Shown in pieces: positions 22,789 through 35,459 of a stretch of DNA of 64,000 bases. The position numbers and the translations under genes were made by a program. The DNA is from Eledone cirrhosa (Eukaryota): contig OZ024752.1 in assembly GCA_964016885.1 (NCBI GenBank), forward strand, positions 9,300,001-9,364,000, read 5' to 3'. Every line of letters starts with the position of its first letter. Within the stretch, counting starts at the first letter, position 1. A model generated the notes under the pieces. That model did no database searches. It saw only the letters and a program-made list of their open reading frames with translations, and had not been told where the DNA came from.

Positions 22789-22954
22789 TATCTATCTATC
22801 TATCTATCTATCTATTTGTCTGTCTATCTATCTATCTATCTACCTAAGAAATCTATCTATCTATCTACTTTATTGTCCCATTTTCTTGTGCGCCCTTGTG
22901 GCAAATAAAGAAATATATCTATTTTTCTGTCTGTCTATCTATCTCTCTATGTGT

Positions 22955-24197
22955 CTACTGTGCCTTGTCCCCGTGAACACCTCATCAAGATGGAACGCTT
23001 GCTCTTCAAGTTCTTTTGGAAGAAGCAGGCTCCACTGGTGAGGAGATCCGTTTGCTGTCAGCACGCTTCCAACGGAGGGCGGGAAATGCCGTAGCTGATG
23101 ATGCGCAAACATGCGCTGAGGCTACGGCATCTACAGGTATTCCTCACCGACCAACGGTGTGGGCACCGTTTGTGAGACAGGCCTTCCCGCAACTTGTCTC
23201 GCTGACGGAGCTGCCGTCCTGGGTCAAGCGAAGACCGAAGAAGATGGGCGCCTGGCACATTGAATGCGCTCAGGCGCTCACAGTCCTCTGTCAAGCGGGC
23301 AGAGCAATCAGTGGAGACTCCACTTCGACATAAAATAGAGGGTTAGTACGTTACAAGGGCGACGACGTGCTCGGAGAGACTCTAGGCGTCGAAGACGACG
23401 ATCTCACCAGTCTGTTTGGTAGGACTTTCTGCTCGGGACCTATGGTCAACTTCCAGAGATCCCTGGCCTGGCAGTGCTACCGAGGAGCTCTACCAGTTCG
23501 TGACAAGATCTACAGGCACGGACGCCCCGGCAAGGATCCTTCCAAGAGGACGTGTCCAAGATGCGAGCAGGACACCATCTTGCACGCAATTGTACACTGC
23601 CCGGGCGTAACCGACCTGTGGAACTATGCAGAACAACTGCTGTCGCGTTTGGGACAAATCCAGTTGACTGCCGAGTTCATAGTAAGGATCAAACCGCCAA
23701 CTTCTTTCAAAAACGAAAGAGAAGCGGTTTTCCTCTATATAGTGGCTATGGTGAAAGAGGTTATATGGTGGACAAGGTTGAGAGGACTGAGGACAGTTGC
23801 CTTTCTCTCCGGACAACAACTCATTCCCTTCTTTAGGTACCACTTTAGAAGGAGAATCAGAGTGGAGAGAGAGGCACTGCACCCCAGTAAATTTACTGAA
23901 AGGTGGGTGAATGCGGCAAAAAATGGCCCGAGTGATTGGGCCTTCTCTGTATATAAACCTGTAGGTTGAAGAAGAGAGCAAAAGGAAGAAAGGAGCACTT
24001 GCACAACACGCTTCTGAAGTTGAGGGTTGTTCTATCTACGGGGTATTAAACAACCCATTTGTGGCGCCTCCCCCTATTGTGGATTTCGATTGTTAAATTT
24101 GTTGTTTCAATATTTTTACACGATTGTATGTAAAATCCCCGTCATGTCTTTGTATTGTCCCCTTTTCCTGTGGTGCGCCTTGTGGCAAATAAAGAAA
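22955..24197 (+). pseudogene. Decayed 5'-truncated Tx1-like copy 5 (ORF2 3' part + 3'UTR)
   Basis: Frameshifted homology (LAWQCYRGALPVRD, CPRC); ends GTGGCAAATAAAGAAA followed by degenerate (TATC)n. Confidence 0.9.
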
Positions 24198-24470
24198 TAT
24201 ATCTATCTACCTGTCTATATATCTATCTACCTGTCTATCTATCGATCTATTTACCTGTCTATTTATATGTTTATATATCTGACTGACTCCCAATCATCTC
24301 TAGTTTCAGCCTCAACAATCAGAACGATGTTAAGATGGAAGACCTGTTCGCCTTTTCCTTTCCACACCTACAAATATACGAATTGTATTTAAAGGGAGGA
24401 GTATACAACATTCTAACCACACACACACACACATCAATATATATATATACACTTATATACCAATATATAT

Positions 24471-24520
<50 letters not shown>

Positions 24521-25000
24521 ATACACACACACACACATATATATATATGTGTGTATGTGTATATTTATATGTATATGTATATATATATATGTGTATATAT
24601 ATATGCATATATATAAATGAATATATACATACACACACACATACATACAAGCATGTATATGACGCACACATACATACATACACACATTTTCTTATTCGTT
24701 ATTTGTTATACGCAGGAGAAGAAAAAAAATCATTGAAATTTCTGTACAAAACATCACACAAAAAAATCGTTGGAAAGTTTGAAGCTATTTCAATAATGCG
24801 AAAATAAATTCTCAAATATATTTCTATGATATATTGCATGTCATTCTTTCGCCTATTTATTCATTTATTCCTACTTTCTTTCCAAGGTAAACTATCCGAT
24901 GAATATAACATGAAGCCTTTTCTGTTTTTATTTTATCTTCTGTTTTATATTATATAGAACGAAGGTAGTTTTTCTCTGTTTCCCAATTATTATTAAGTTC

Positions 25001-25690
25001 GTCGGTGGATTGGCAGTATCGGTAGAGGATAGGACGCCATGCTTTTACGCATAGAGTTACGGCCCTTGCCATTCTGAGTTCAAATCTCGCCGAGGTTAAC
25101 TTTACCTTTCATCCTTACGGGGTCGATAAAATAAAGTACCAGTAATGTACTGGGTAATTGCTGGCCTTGTGCCAATAGTAGAAACAATTATTAAGTTCGT
25201 CGGTGGATTGGCAGTATCGGTAGAGGGTCGGACGCCTTGCTTTGCAGCATAGAGTTACGGCTCTTTATGATCTGAGTTCAAATCTAGCCGAGGTTAACTT
25301 TGCCTTTCATCCTTATGGGGTCGATAAAATAAAGTACCAGTAATACACTGGGATAATTGCTGGCCTTGTGCCAAAAGGAGAAACAATTATTAAGTTCGTC
25401 GGTAGATTGGCAGTATCGGTAGAGGGTCAGACGCCATGCTTTCCATTTACAAACTGAGTTCAAATCCCGCCGAGATTAACTTTGCCTTTCATCCTTACGT
25501 GGTCGATAGAATAAAGTACCAGTAAGGTACTGGGGTAATTGCTGTACTTGTGCCAAAAGTAGAAACAATTATTAAGTTGGTCGAGAATGGTGGATTGGTA
25601 GAATTGTTAAAGCCTCCGACAGAATGATTTAGTTATCTCCCTTTACGATCTGAGTTCAAATACTGTCGAGGTTAGCTTCGCTTTCATATG
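25001..25690 (+). mobile_element. Tandem array of tRNA-derived SINE (~198-bp units at 25001, 25199 and 25398, plus a divergent partial copy)
   Basis: A-box-like TGGCAGTATCGGTAG, B-box-like GAGTTCAAATC, central GCCTTTCATCCTTACGGGGTCGATAAAA, tail GAAACAATTATTA. Confidence 0.85.
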
Positions 25691-25834
25691 GCGTTTCTTG
25701 GGCCTGTTTAAACCTGGCGGAGCCCATCCCTCTCCAGGCCTGAGTACAGCAGATTTCTTCCAGAGAAAGACATAAAGTACGAGAGAGGAAATGAGAAAGA
25801 GATATAGAAGAAGAATCGTCCCCAGTATTAGACT

Positions 25835-25975
25835 GCTACTTTTTTTTATCGACCTGGAAAGGATGAAAGGCAAAGTTGACCTTGGCGGGATTTGAACTCA
25901 GAGAGCTGACAACCGGAACGAATACCATAAAGCATTCTTATCCGACGTTCTAATGACTCTGCCATTTCACCGCCT
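25835..25975 (-). mobile_element. SINE of the same or a related family, minus strand
   Basis: Reverse complement of the central GCCTTTCATCC..GTCGATAAA and the B-box. Confidence 0.7.
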
Positions 25976-26435
25976 ATAGTTGTTGCATAAAATGTTGCAT
26001 AAAATGGTTTACAAATCGTGAGTAGAAGAGGAATTTTAGTGACAGTATTAGAAGAGATAAAAAGAAGATTTAACGCATAAAGTGTGCTAGCGGTTGTAAC
26101 CTGTTAGTGAGTAAATATTTACCAATTAGTTGGAGGGATTTTACAGGTGTAGTGAGGAAGTAAGCTATAGGAAGTAGGTGTTGTTTTAAGTATTCGTATG
26201 TAACTGCTAGAAATGTGAGAATTATATTAATGTGGATTACTATGGTGCCTGGCAGAGGATTACTTAGTATACGTTGTGAGAATGAAGTATGTAATTGTTG
26301 TCATATATTTATTATGAAGTATACACCACTTCATAAAATGTGTTATTGAAGTTGATGAGAAATCATGGTAGTCTATTGACAAGACAGAATCAATTATCTC
26401 ATTCACCGTATGGAGTATACATATACATACATATA

Positions 26436-26662
26436 TGGTGGTGGCTGCCAACTCGTTTTCGAGTACGGCCACTACTTTATATCCATGTAGGAGAACCCCT
26501 ACCGATGCGCTGAACGAGTGTGACTTTTTAGTCCAGCCAGCGACTTGAAAACTCTGGTACAAACACTACACTGTTGACAATTATTGACACATAGTGCTGG
26601 GCCCATGGTACCATGTGACCACAAGTGCAGAGAGATCTCCAGATATAAAGCAATGCCTGTGC
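26436..26662. repeat. Dispersed repeat; inverted copy at ~41849-42073 and direct copy at 63891-64000
   Basis: Shared GCCAACTCGTTTTCGAGTACGGCCACTACTTTATATCCATGTAGGAGAACCC... Confidence 0.85.
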
Positions 26663-27745
26663 CGTGAAGCTTTTATAGTGAGCAAAGGCACTGCACAAGC
26701 CAGTCCCACTCTCTTAACCAAGATGATATTTACTAAAAAGAAGAACAAGTCAACATCATTGGATACCATCAGGGTTGCAGGTGTTATATCAGAGCTTTCT
26801 TTCTCCTAGAATTCTGCCTTGACAAAGGCTAAGGGGTCATCTCTTCCGGTGATTTTGGATGGCCATTGACTCTTAAGAGGTCCTTTGCCCTTTGACAGGT
26901 TTTGTTTTTAGTCCTGCAGGATGTCCAAAGTCACCCTCCTCACCAAGAAACCTTGGTGGGGTTGCCAGTTTAGCCGCCAACCATCCGACCATGAGACAGG
27001 TTGTACTGGGATACATGTTACCAGTAGCACCAACTGGTGACCTGACATAACATATGTATACATACATATATACATACATATATACATACATGTATGATGG
27101 CTGCTCCCTCGTTATCGAGTATGGCCATTGCACGAAAAAAAATATATGTATATATATATATATACATACACATATACATACACATACATATATATATATA
27201 CACGCATATATATATATTAACAATTAACGATGCTGCGATCTAATGTGGCTTTTTAGCCCAGCCAATGTCTTGAACAGAGTTGGCAACCAAAACATTCACT
27301 GGCAGTAGCCGGCCGTGGTTGGAGTTCATGTACTTTTGCATGTCGTTTGAGCCCTCCTGCTGATTTTCATTCTCTACCAAATGCTTGGCAAGCATGATGA
27401 GTAGCATCTCCAACAGCAGCCTGGTAGTCAACCACTGGTCTCACTTTATGACTGCGAAGTTGACTTTCGAGTCCAGCTTTGCTCGCACAGATGCTGCATG
27501 TCAGTGCCATAGGAGGACCTTTGCTGTCTGGAAATGTAACTGCAATACATACATACGTACATACATACATACATACATACATGCTTGCATACATACATGC
27601 TTGCATACATACATACATACATACATACATACATACATACATACATACATACATACATACATACATACATGCTTGCATACATACATACATGCTTGCATAC
27701 ATACATACATACATACATACATACATACATACATACATACATACA

Positions 27746-27779
<34 letters not shown>

Positions 27780-27801
27780 CATACGAACATACATACATAC
27801 A

Positions 27802-28083
27802 CAGCTGCCAAGCAGATGTCAATATAATATCCAAGAATAGCGAAAAGGAGAATATTTATGCAGAACTGATGAGAAATCTGCAATAGTCCACCCTGATTAC
27901 ACCTTCAGATTTATGCCTGTGATTATTGGGGCACTGGGGTATGTTAGTAACTGCCTCAATACAAATCTTGAGAAGCTAGGCTTCACAGAAACAAAAAGGA
28001 CACAACTAGTTAGGAAATTAGAAGTTCAATCCATTAATGGAACAGTAAAAATATGTAAAACATTCCAAAAATTTTGCATCTAA
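27802..28083 (+). pseudogene. 3' remnant of a restriction-like-endonuclease LINE (R4/Dong-like)
   Basis: SCQADVNIISKNSEKENIYAEL, then frameshifted PVIIGALGYV...KLEVQSINGTVKICKTF; preceded by (TACA)n. Confidence 0.6.
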
Positions 28084-28501
28084 TAACTGCATATACACAT
28101 GCACAGATACAAAGCACACATACAACTCAAAACATCCACATCCACACATACAATAACATCCATATCTACACATGCATGCATACAGATATACATACATATC
28201 TACCTAGTTGATGTTGTGTAAATTCCAATGAGAGAGTCTTGTGTATATGCTAGAAACCGACTCTCTCTCTATTGGGAAAAAATTTGTGAAATAATAAAAC
28301 CAGAAGAACATACATACAAGCATACTTTCATATGTATATAATTGGGGATTATATGAAAGAATATACTGTATGTTTATATACAATAAACACATGAGAGCTT
28401 CGCTATCAAAGAAAAAATAATCTTTTTCTCTCTTTTCAGTACTTACATGATTAAGGTGTCCTTGGGACTCCAGACCCCCTCCTCTCCCCCCCTCTCTCTC
28501 T

Positions 28502-28567
<66 letters not shown>

Positions 28568-28653
28568 ACACATATTGTATGTTTTCTTTTGTTATATGTG
28601 TGTGTGAGTGCGAAAAATATTGTTTTTATTATCTTCATAAAATAATTAAATAT

Positions 28654-28912
28654 AAGTATGTATACTTACATACATATATGTATACAGACGTACAGTAGTA
28701 TGTATATACATACATGCACACATATATATATGTACGTATGGGTTTACCGAACATTTATTATAATGTTCGGTAAACCCATACGTGCATATATATATATATA
28801 TGTGAGCATGTATGTATATACATACTACTGTACGTGTGTATACATATATGTATGTACGTATACATACTTACATTTAAGTATCAGCCGTACTAAGAGTGAG
28901 AAATGAAATTTC
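28654..28912. repeat. Fold-back member of the GTACTAAGAGTGAGAAATGAAATTTC repeat family
   Basis: Palindrome centred near 28757 (GGGTTTACCGAACAT..ATGTTCGGTAAACCC); relatives at 32660-33315 and 33490-34015. Confidence 0.75.
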
Positions 28913-28964
28913 ATTTTTTCCGTTTAATTAAAATTCTAAAAAAAACAAACAAAAACACATTTGA

Positions 28965-29036
28965 TGCGTCGGCCGGGAGTCGAACCCGGATCGACTGCTT
29001 GGAAGGCAACCATGCTAACCGTTACACCACCGACGC
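28965..29036 (-). tRNA. tRNA-Gly (TCC)
   Basis: GCGTCGG/CCGACGC acceptor stem, TTGC-CTTCCAA-GCAG anticodon arm, GGTTCGACTCC T-arm, downstream T-run. Confidence 0.95.
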
Positions 29037-29488
29037 CTCACGTAAGATCTGGTCTATATTTATATCTAATTTACTTTAAAATTTTATGTAAACAGACCTT
29101 TCAGCTACTTTATGGGTGTTGTGCTGAAATCAGCAGATTTTCTCTTCTCAGAGTTTTTCCGAAAGTTACAATATGTATATTTTAGACATATGTATATATA
29201 TGTCTTATAAATGTATATGTGTGTGTGTAGGGGTGGGGAGGCTTGTGCACGTGTGTGTGGATCGGTGGGGGGAGAACTCATTGGGTGCGTGCCTGTGTGT
29301 GTTCGCACGCGTGTATGTATATTTTATACATATGTATATATTTACATATACATATCAATGTATGTATGTGCATACGTATGTGTGAGTGCGTGTGTGAGGG
29401 AGAGAGAGAGAGAGAATTTAATGGGGGTGATTACATATTTAATTTTGGTTTAAATCTGTTAATAAATAGTTTTTCTTTATTTATTCTT

Positions 29489-29535
<47 letters not shown>

Positions 29536-29673
29536 CCAAAGATTAGTATGGTTCGTTGATTACTCAACGAATACAATATTACAATAGATTAGAAGCACTC
29601 AACAGTGGATTTTCCTGGAGTTTTAATTATTCTTCAAAATGTTAACAAATGAAAAATATTCTCATAATCAAAA

Positions 29674-29741
29674 CATATTTTATTATACGTATTTCAAAGG
29701 TACAATGGTGTTTCAGTACGTTTTCATCAGACGAAATATAT
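29674..29741 (-). ncRNA. Minimal type I hammerhead ribozyme motif
   Basis: Minus strand TATATTTCGT-CTGATGA-AAACGTAC..GTACCTTT-GAAAT-ACGT-ATA^ATAAAATATG. Confidence 0.7.
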
Positions 29742-29794
29742 GATTTGATGTGTGACATACCGCTGCGGTTTTGATTATTCAATTCCAGTATTTT

Positions 29795-30808
29795 ATATAC
29801 AATATATATATACATTATATATATACAATATATATATATATATATACAATATATATATACAATATATATATATATATATACAATATATATATATACAATA
29901 TATATATATATATATATACAATATATATATATATATACAATATATATATATATATACAATATATATATATACAATATATATATATATATACAATATATAT
30001 ATATATATACAATAAATATATATATATACAATATATATATATACAATATATATATATACATACAATATATATATATATATATATATACAATATATATATA
30101 CAATATATATATACATACAATATATATATATATATATATATACAATATATATATATACATACAATATATATATATACATACAATATATATATATATATAC
30201 AATATATATATATATACATATACAATATATATATACAATATATATATATATATATACAATATATATATATATACATACAATATATATATATATACAATAT
30301 ATAAATATATACATACATACAATATATATATATATATATATATATACAATATATATGTATATACATACAATATGTATATATATATATACAATATATAATA
30401 TATATATACAAACAATATATATATATATATACATACAATATATATATATATATATACAATATATATATATATACATACAATATGTATATATATATATACA
30501 ATATATATATATACAATATATATATACATACAATATATATATATATACAATATATATATATATATATATATACATACAATATCTATATATATATATATAT
30601 ACAATATATATATATACATACAATATATATATATATATACATACAATATATATATATATACATACAATATATATATATATATACAATATATATATATATA
30701 TATATACAATATATATATATACATACAATATATATATATATATATACATACAATATGTATATATATATATACAATATATATATATATATACAACATATAT
30801 ATATACAT

Positions 30809-30848
<40 letters not shown>

Positions 30849-31096
30849 CAATATGTATATATATATATACAATATATATATATACATACAATATATATAT
30901 ATATATATATATATACATACAATATGTATATATATATATATACAATATATATATATACATACAATATATATATATATATATACACATACAATATGTATAT
31001 ATATATACAATATATATATATATACATACAATATATATATATATATATATATATACATACAATATGTATATATATATATACAATATATATATACAT

Positions 31097-31142
<46 letters not shown>

Positions 31143-31306
31143 CAATATGTATATATATATACAATATATATATATACATACAATATATATATATATATAT
31201 ATATACATACAATATGTATATATATATATACAATATATATACATACTATATATATATATATATATATACATACAATATGTATATATATATATACAATATA
31301 TATACA

Positions 31307-31367
<61 letters not shown>

Positions 31368-31562
31368 ATATATATATATACAATATATATATATCTATAC
31401 AATATATATATATATATACAATATATTTTATCTATATATATATACAATATATATATATATATATATATACAATATATATATATATACAATATATATATAT
31501 ATACAATATATATATATATACAATATATATATACAATATATATATATATACAATATATATAT

Positions 31563-31629
<67 letters not shown>

Positions 31630-31672
31630 CATATATATATATATACATATATATATATACATATATATATAC

Positions 31673-31703
<31 letters not shown>

Positions 31704-31948
31704 CATTTATATATACATTTATATATACATATATATATATATGTATACATATATATATATATATCTATATATATATACATATATATATATACACACATAT
31801 ATATATATATATATACACACACATATATATATACACACACATATATATATATATATACACACACATATATATATACACACACATATATATATATATATAC
31901 ACACATATATATATATATATACACACACATATATATATATATATATAT

Positions 31949-31981
<33 letters not shown>

Positions 31982-32007
31982 CACACTCACATATATATAC
32001 ATATATA
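29795..32007. repeat. Long (TA)nCAA/(TA)nCA compound microsatellite
   Basis: Directly visible. Confidence 0.97.
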
Positions 32008-32038
32008 GAAGTGGTTACACAACAGTTAGTTCAACATA

Positions 32039-32078
32039 CCGAGAACAATTGTTTCACGTTATCGGATCCTCAGCTCGG
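32039..32078 (-). ncRNA. Minimal hammerhead motif in fold-back element 32008-32262
   Basis: Minus strand CCGAG-CTGAGGA-TCCGATAACGT-GAAAC-AATT-GTT^CTCGG; stem II weak; sister copy at 52372. Confidence 0.6.
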
Positions 32079-32163
32079 ATTACGAGCTGAGATCCGATAA
32101 CCTAGCTAACTTGGTCCTTTACACTTGGAACACATGTATAATTATATCTGTGTGTGTATATCC

Positions 32164-32220
<57 letters not shown>

Positions 32221-32259
32221 ATTGTTCTCGGTATGTTGAACTAACTGTTGTGTAACCAC

Positions 32260-32425
<166 letters not shown>

Positions 32426-32566
32426 GTAGATAAATCTTATGCATGCCAATTCTAACACATATATGTCCTAGAAACGATCGTTAAATAATGAACTTTTTTT
32501 GTTTAATATAAGGAACTGTTTCATTGTTTTATTCATTATTTTTTAAATATTTTATATATATATATA

Positions 32567-32617
<51 letters not shown>

Positions 32618-32626
32618 ATATATATA

Positions 32627-32668
<42 letters not shown>

Positions 32669-32903
32669 TGCTACTGTACGTCTGTATACATATATGTATG
32701 TACGTATACATACATACTTACATTTAAGTAAGTGCCATACTAAGAGTGAGAAATGAAATTTCGTTTTCATTTTTTTTCAACTTATCGTTTTCGGTATGCC
32801 TGACCGATTTAACTCACTCAATATGCAAATTAGGCTGCTCAGCCGTTAATTTTCATAAGGAAAGTATATACTTTCGAACGTTCAACTATCTGGCAGATGG
32901 GTA

Positions 32904-32948
32904 AACGGTGCTGATGATAGCTAACAAGCTTGAAACTAGTACATCGTT
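32904..32948 (+). ncRNA. Minimal type I hammerhead ribozyme
   Basis: AACGGTG-CTGATGA-TAGCTAACAAGCTT-GAAAC-TA-GTA^CATCGTT: 7-bp stem I, AGCT/AGCT stem II, palindromic ACTAGT stem III. Confidence 0.85.
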
Positions 32949-33110
32949 CCTGTGTCAGTGTTGAACAAAAAGGTGACGTGGTTGCCTTAACACCGTATGG
33001 CATAAATTCAGGCTGTTCGCTTTGTTGACAAACAAACGAACAAAGCGGCCGGCGTTATAATAAACGTCGGCTAAACTGATGCGTGCATATATGTATGTGT
33101 ACCTGTATGC

Positions 33111-33197
<87 letters not shown>

Positions 33198-33309
33198 TGC
33201 TACTGTACGTCTGTATACATATATGTATGTACGTATACATACATACTTACATTTAAGTAAGTGCCATACTAAGAGTGAGAAATGAAATTTCGTTTTCATT
33301 TTTTTTCAA

Positions 33310-33444
<135 letters not shown>

Positions 33445-33445
33445 G

Positions 33446-33478
<33 letters not shown>

Positions 33479-33716
33479 TATATGTATATAAATGTAAGTA
33501 TGTATGTATACGTACATGCATATATGTATACAGACGTACAGTAGTATGTATATATATACATACATGTACACATATATATATATATATGCACGTATCGGTT
33601 TACCGAACATTTATTATAATGCTCGGTTTGTATACATACCTACATACTTACATATAAGTAACTGCCGTACTAAGAGTGAGAAATGAAATTTCGTTTCATT
33701 CTATTCCATTTATATG

Positions 33717-33748
<32 letters not shown>

Positions 33749-33763
33749 ATATAATATATATAT

Positions 33764-33828
<65 letters not shown>

Positions 33829-34011
33829 ATATATATATATATGATATATAATATATATATATATATGATATATATATATATATATGATATATAATATATA
33901 TATATATATAATATATATATATATATATAATATATATATATACATATACATATGAATGGAATAGAATGACACGAAATTTCATTTCTCACTCTTAGTACGG
34001 CAGTTACTTAA

Positions 34012-34409
<398 letters not shown>

Positions 34410-34434
34410 GTATATATATGTATATATGTATATG

Positions 34435-34483
<49 letters not shown>

Positions 34484-35224
34484 TGGCGATGAATTAGTTT
34501 TGCGAGGTTTTTTATATGAAATCGTGTGTCGAAACAGATATTGTTATATTTGGGGAGGGTCATATTTGCGTAATATTGCCAGAATTAATAACAGAACACA
34601 CTCACTGTTTGGTTGGTTTTCGCTTCTCGCTGTCTTTTATATATATATATCTGCGATCTAACTTTTATATATATATATCTGCGATCTAACTTACCCAGTG
34701 TTGGTCTATCTGGATAGACCAACACTGGGGGGAACTAAAAGGACGAAAAAACGGGTCAGTACTATACGAACATGCTAGACAACATCATGACGGTAACATA
34801 GACAACATAGAAATTAGAATAATATCTAAACATAGGAATGACCCAGCAGATAGGCAAATCAGAGAGGCCAGTGAAATAGAAATTAGAAGACCAAAGCTAA
34901 ACAGAAAGAATGAGTGGAACAACAACAACACCCAAACAAACAACACTGACCTAAGAGAAGTATAAATAAATAAGTAAATTAAATAAAATAAAATAAGATA
35001 AATAAATACATACACAAGCACATAAACACACACTAGTCACCCAGCAGACAACACTATACACACTAGTCACACATCACACATAACACTATACACACACGCA
35101 AACGCATGCGCAAAGAAGACAAAATAAAATAAGATAAACAAACAAGCAAATAAATAAATAAATATATAGACAGACTGAACAAAAAAAAATGGCGTAGACA
35201 TACAACACAACAGGAGGAACAATG

Positions 35225-35305
35225 AATATAACACCACTGACGATGTTGCAGATGTGCAACGAAAGATTTATGTAAACTATATATATATGTGTTTGTCTAT
35301 ATTGT
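35225..35305 (+). ncRNA. Hammerhead-like motif in the pLTR (second copy ~39348-39428)
   Basis: CTGACGA-T-GTTGCA-GATG-TGCAAC-GAAAG..CTA; stems I and III imperfect. Confidence 0.55.
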
Positions 35306-35459
35306 ATCTGTATTATTTTTGACCGCCGGTCAGTCAATGGCAACATTGAGGACCGAGTAAGTTAGATCGCAGATATATATATATAAAAGACAGCGAGAAG
35401 CGAAAACCAACCAAACAGTGAGTGTGTTCTGTTATTAATTCTGGCAATATTACGCAAAT

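Noticed and set aside
28420-28460. Possible host micro-exon (polypyrimidine-CAG..AG|GT); similar acceptor near 2665-2680
   Set aside because: No coding context or transcript evidence; such motifs are common by chance
28961-29185. Repeated peptide MRRPGVEPGSTAWKATMLTVTPPTP in several ORFs
   Set aside because: Antisense translation of tRNA-Gly
29642-32100. Many long YI-repeat ORFs (also at 40010-41527, 47063-47955 and 60117-61068)
   Set aside because: Microsatellite artefacts
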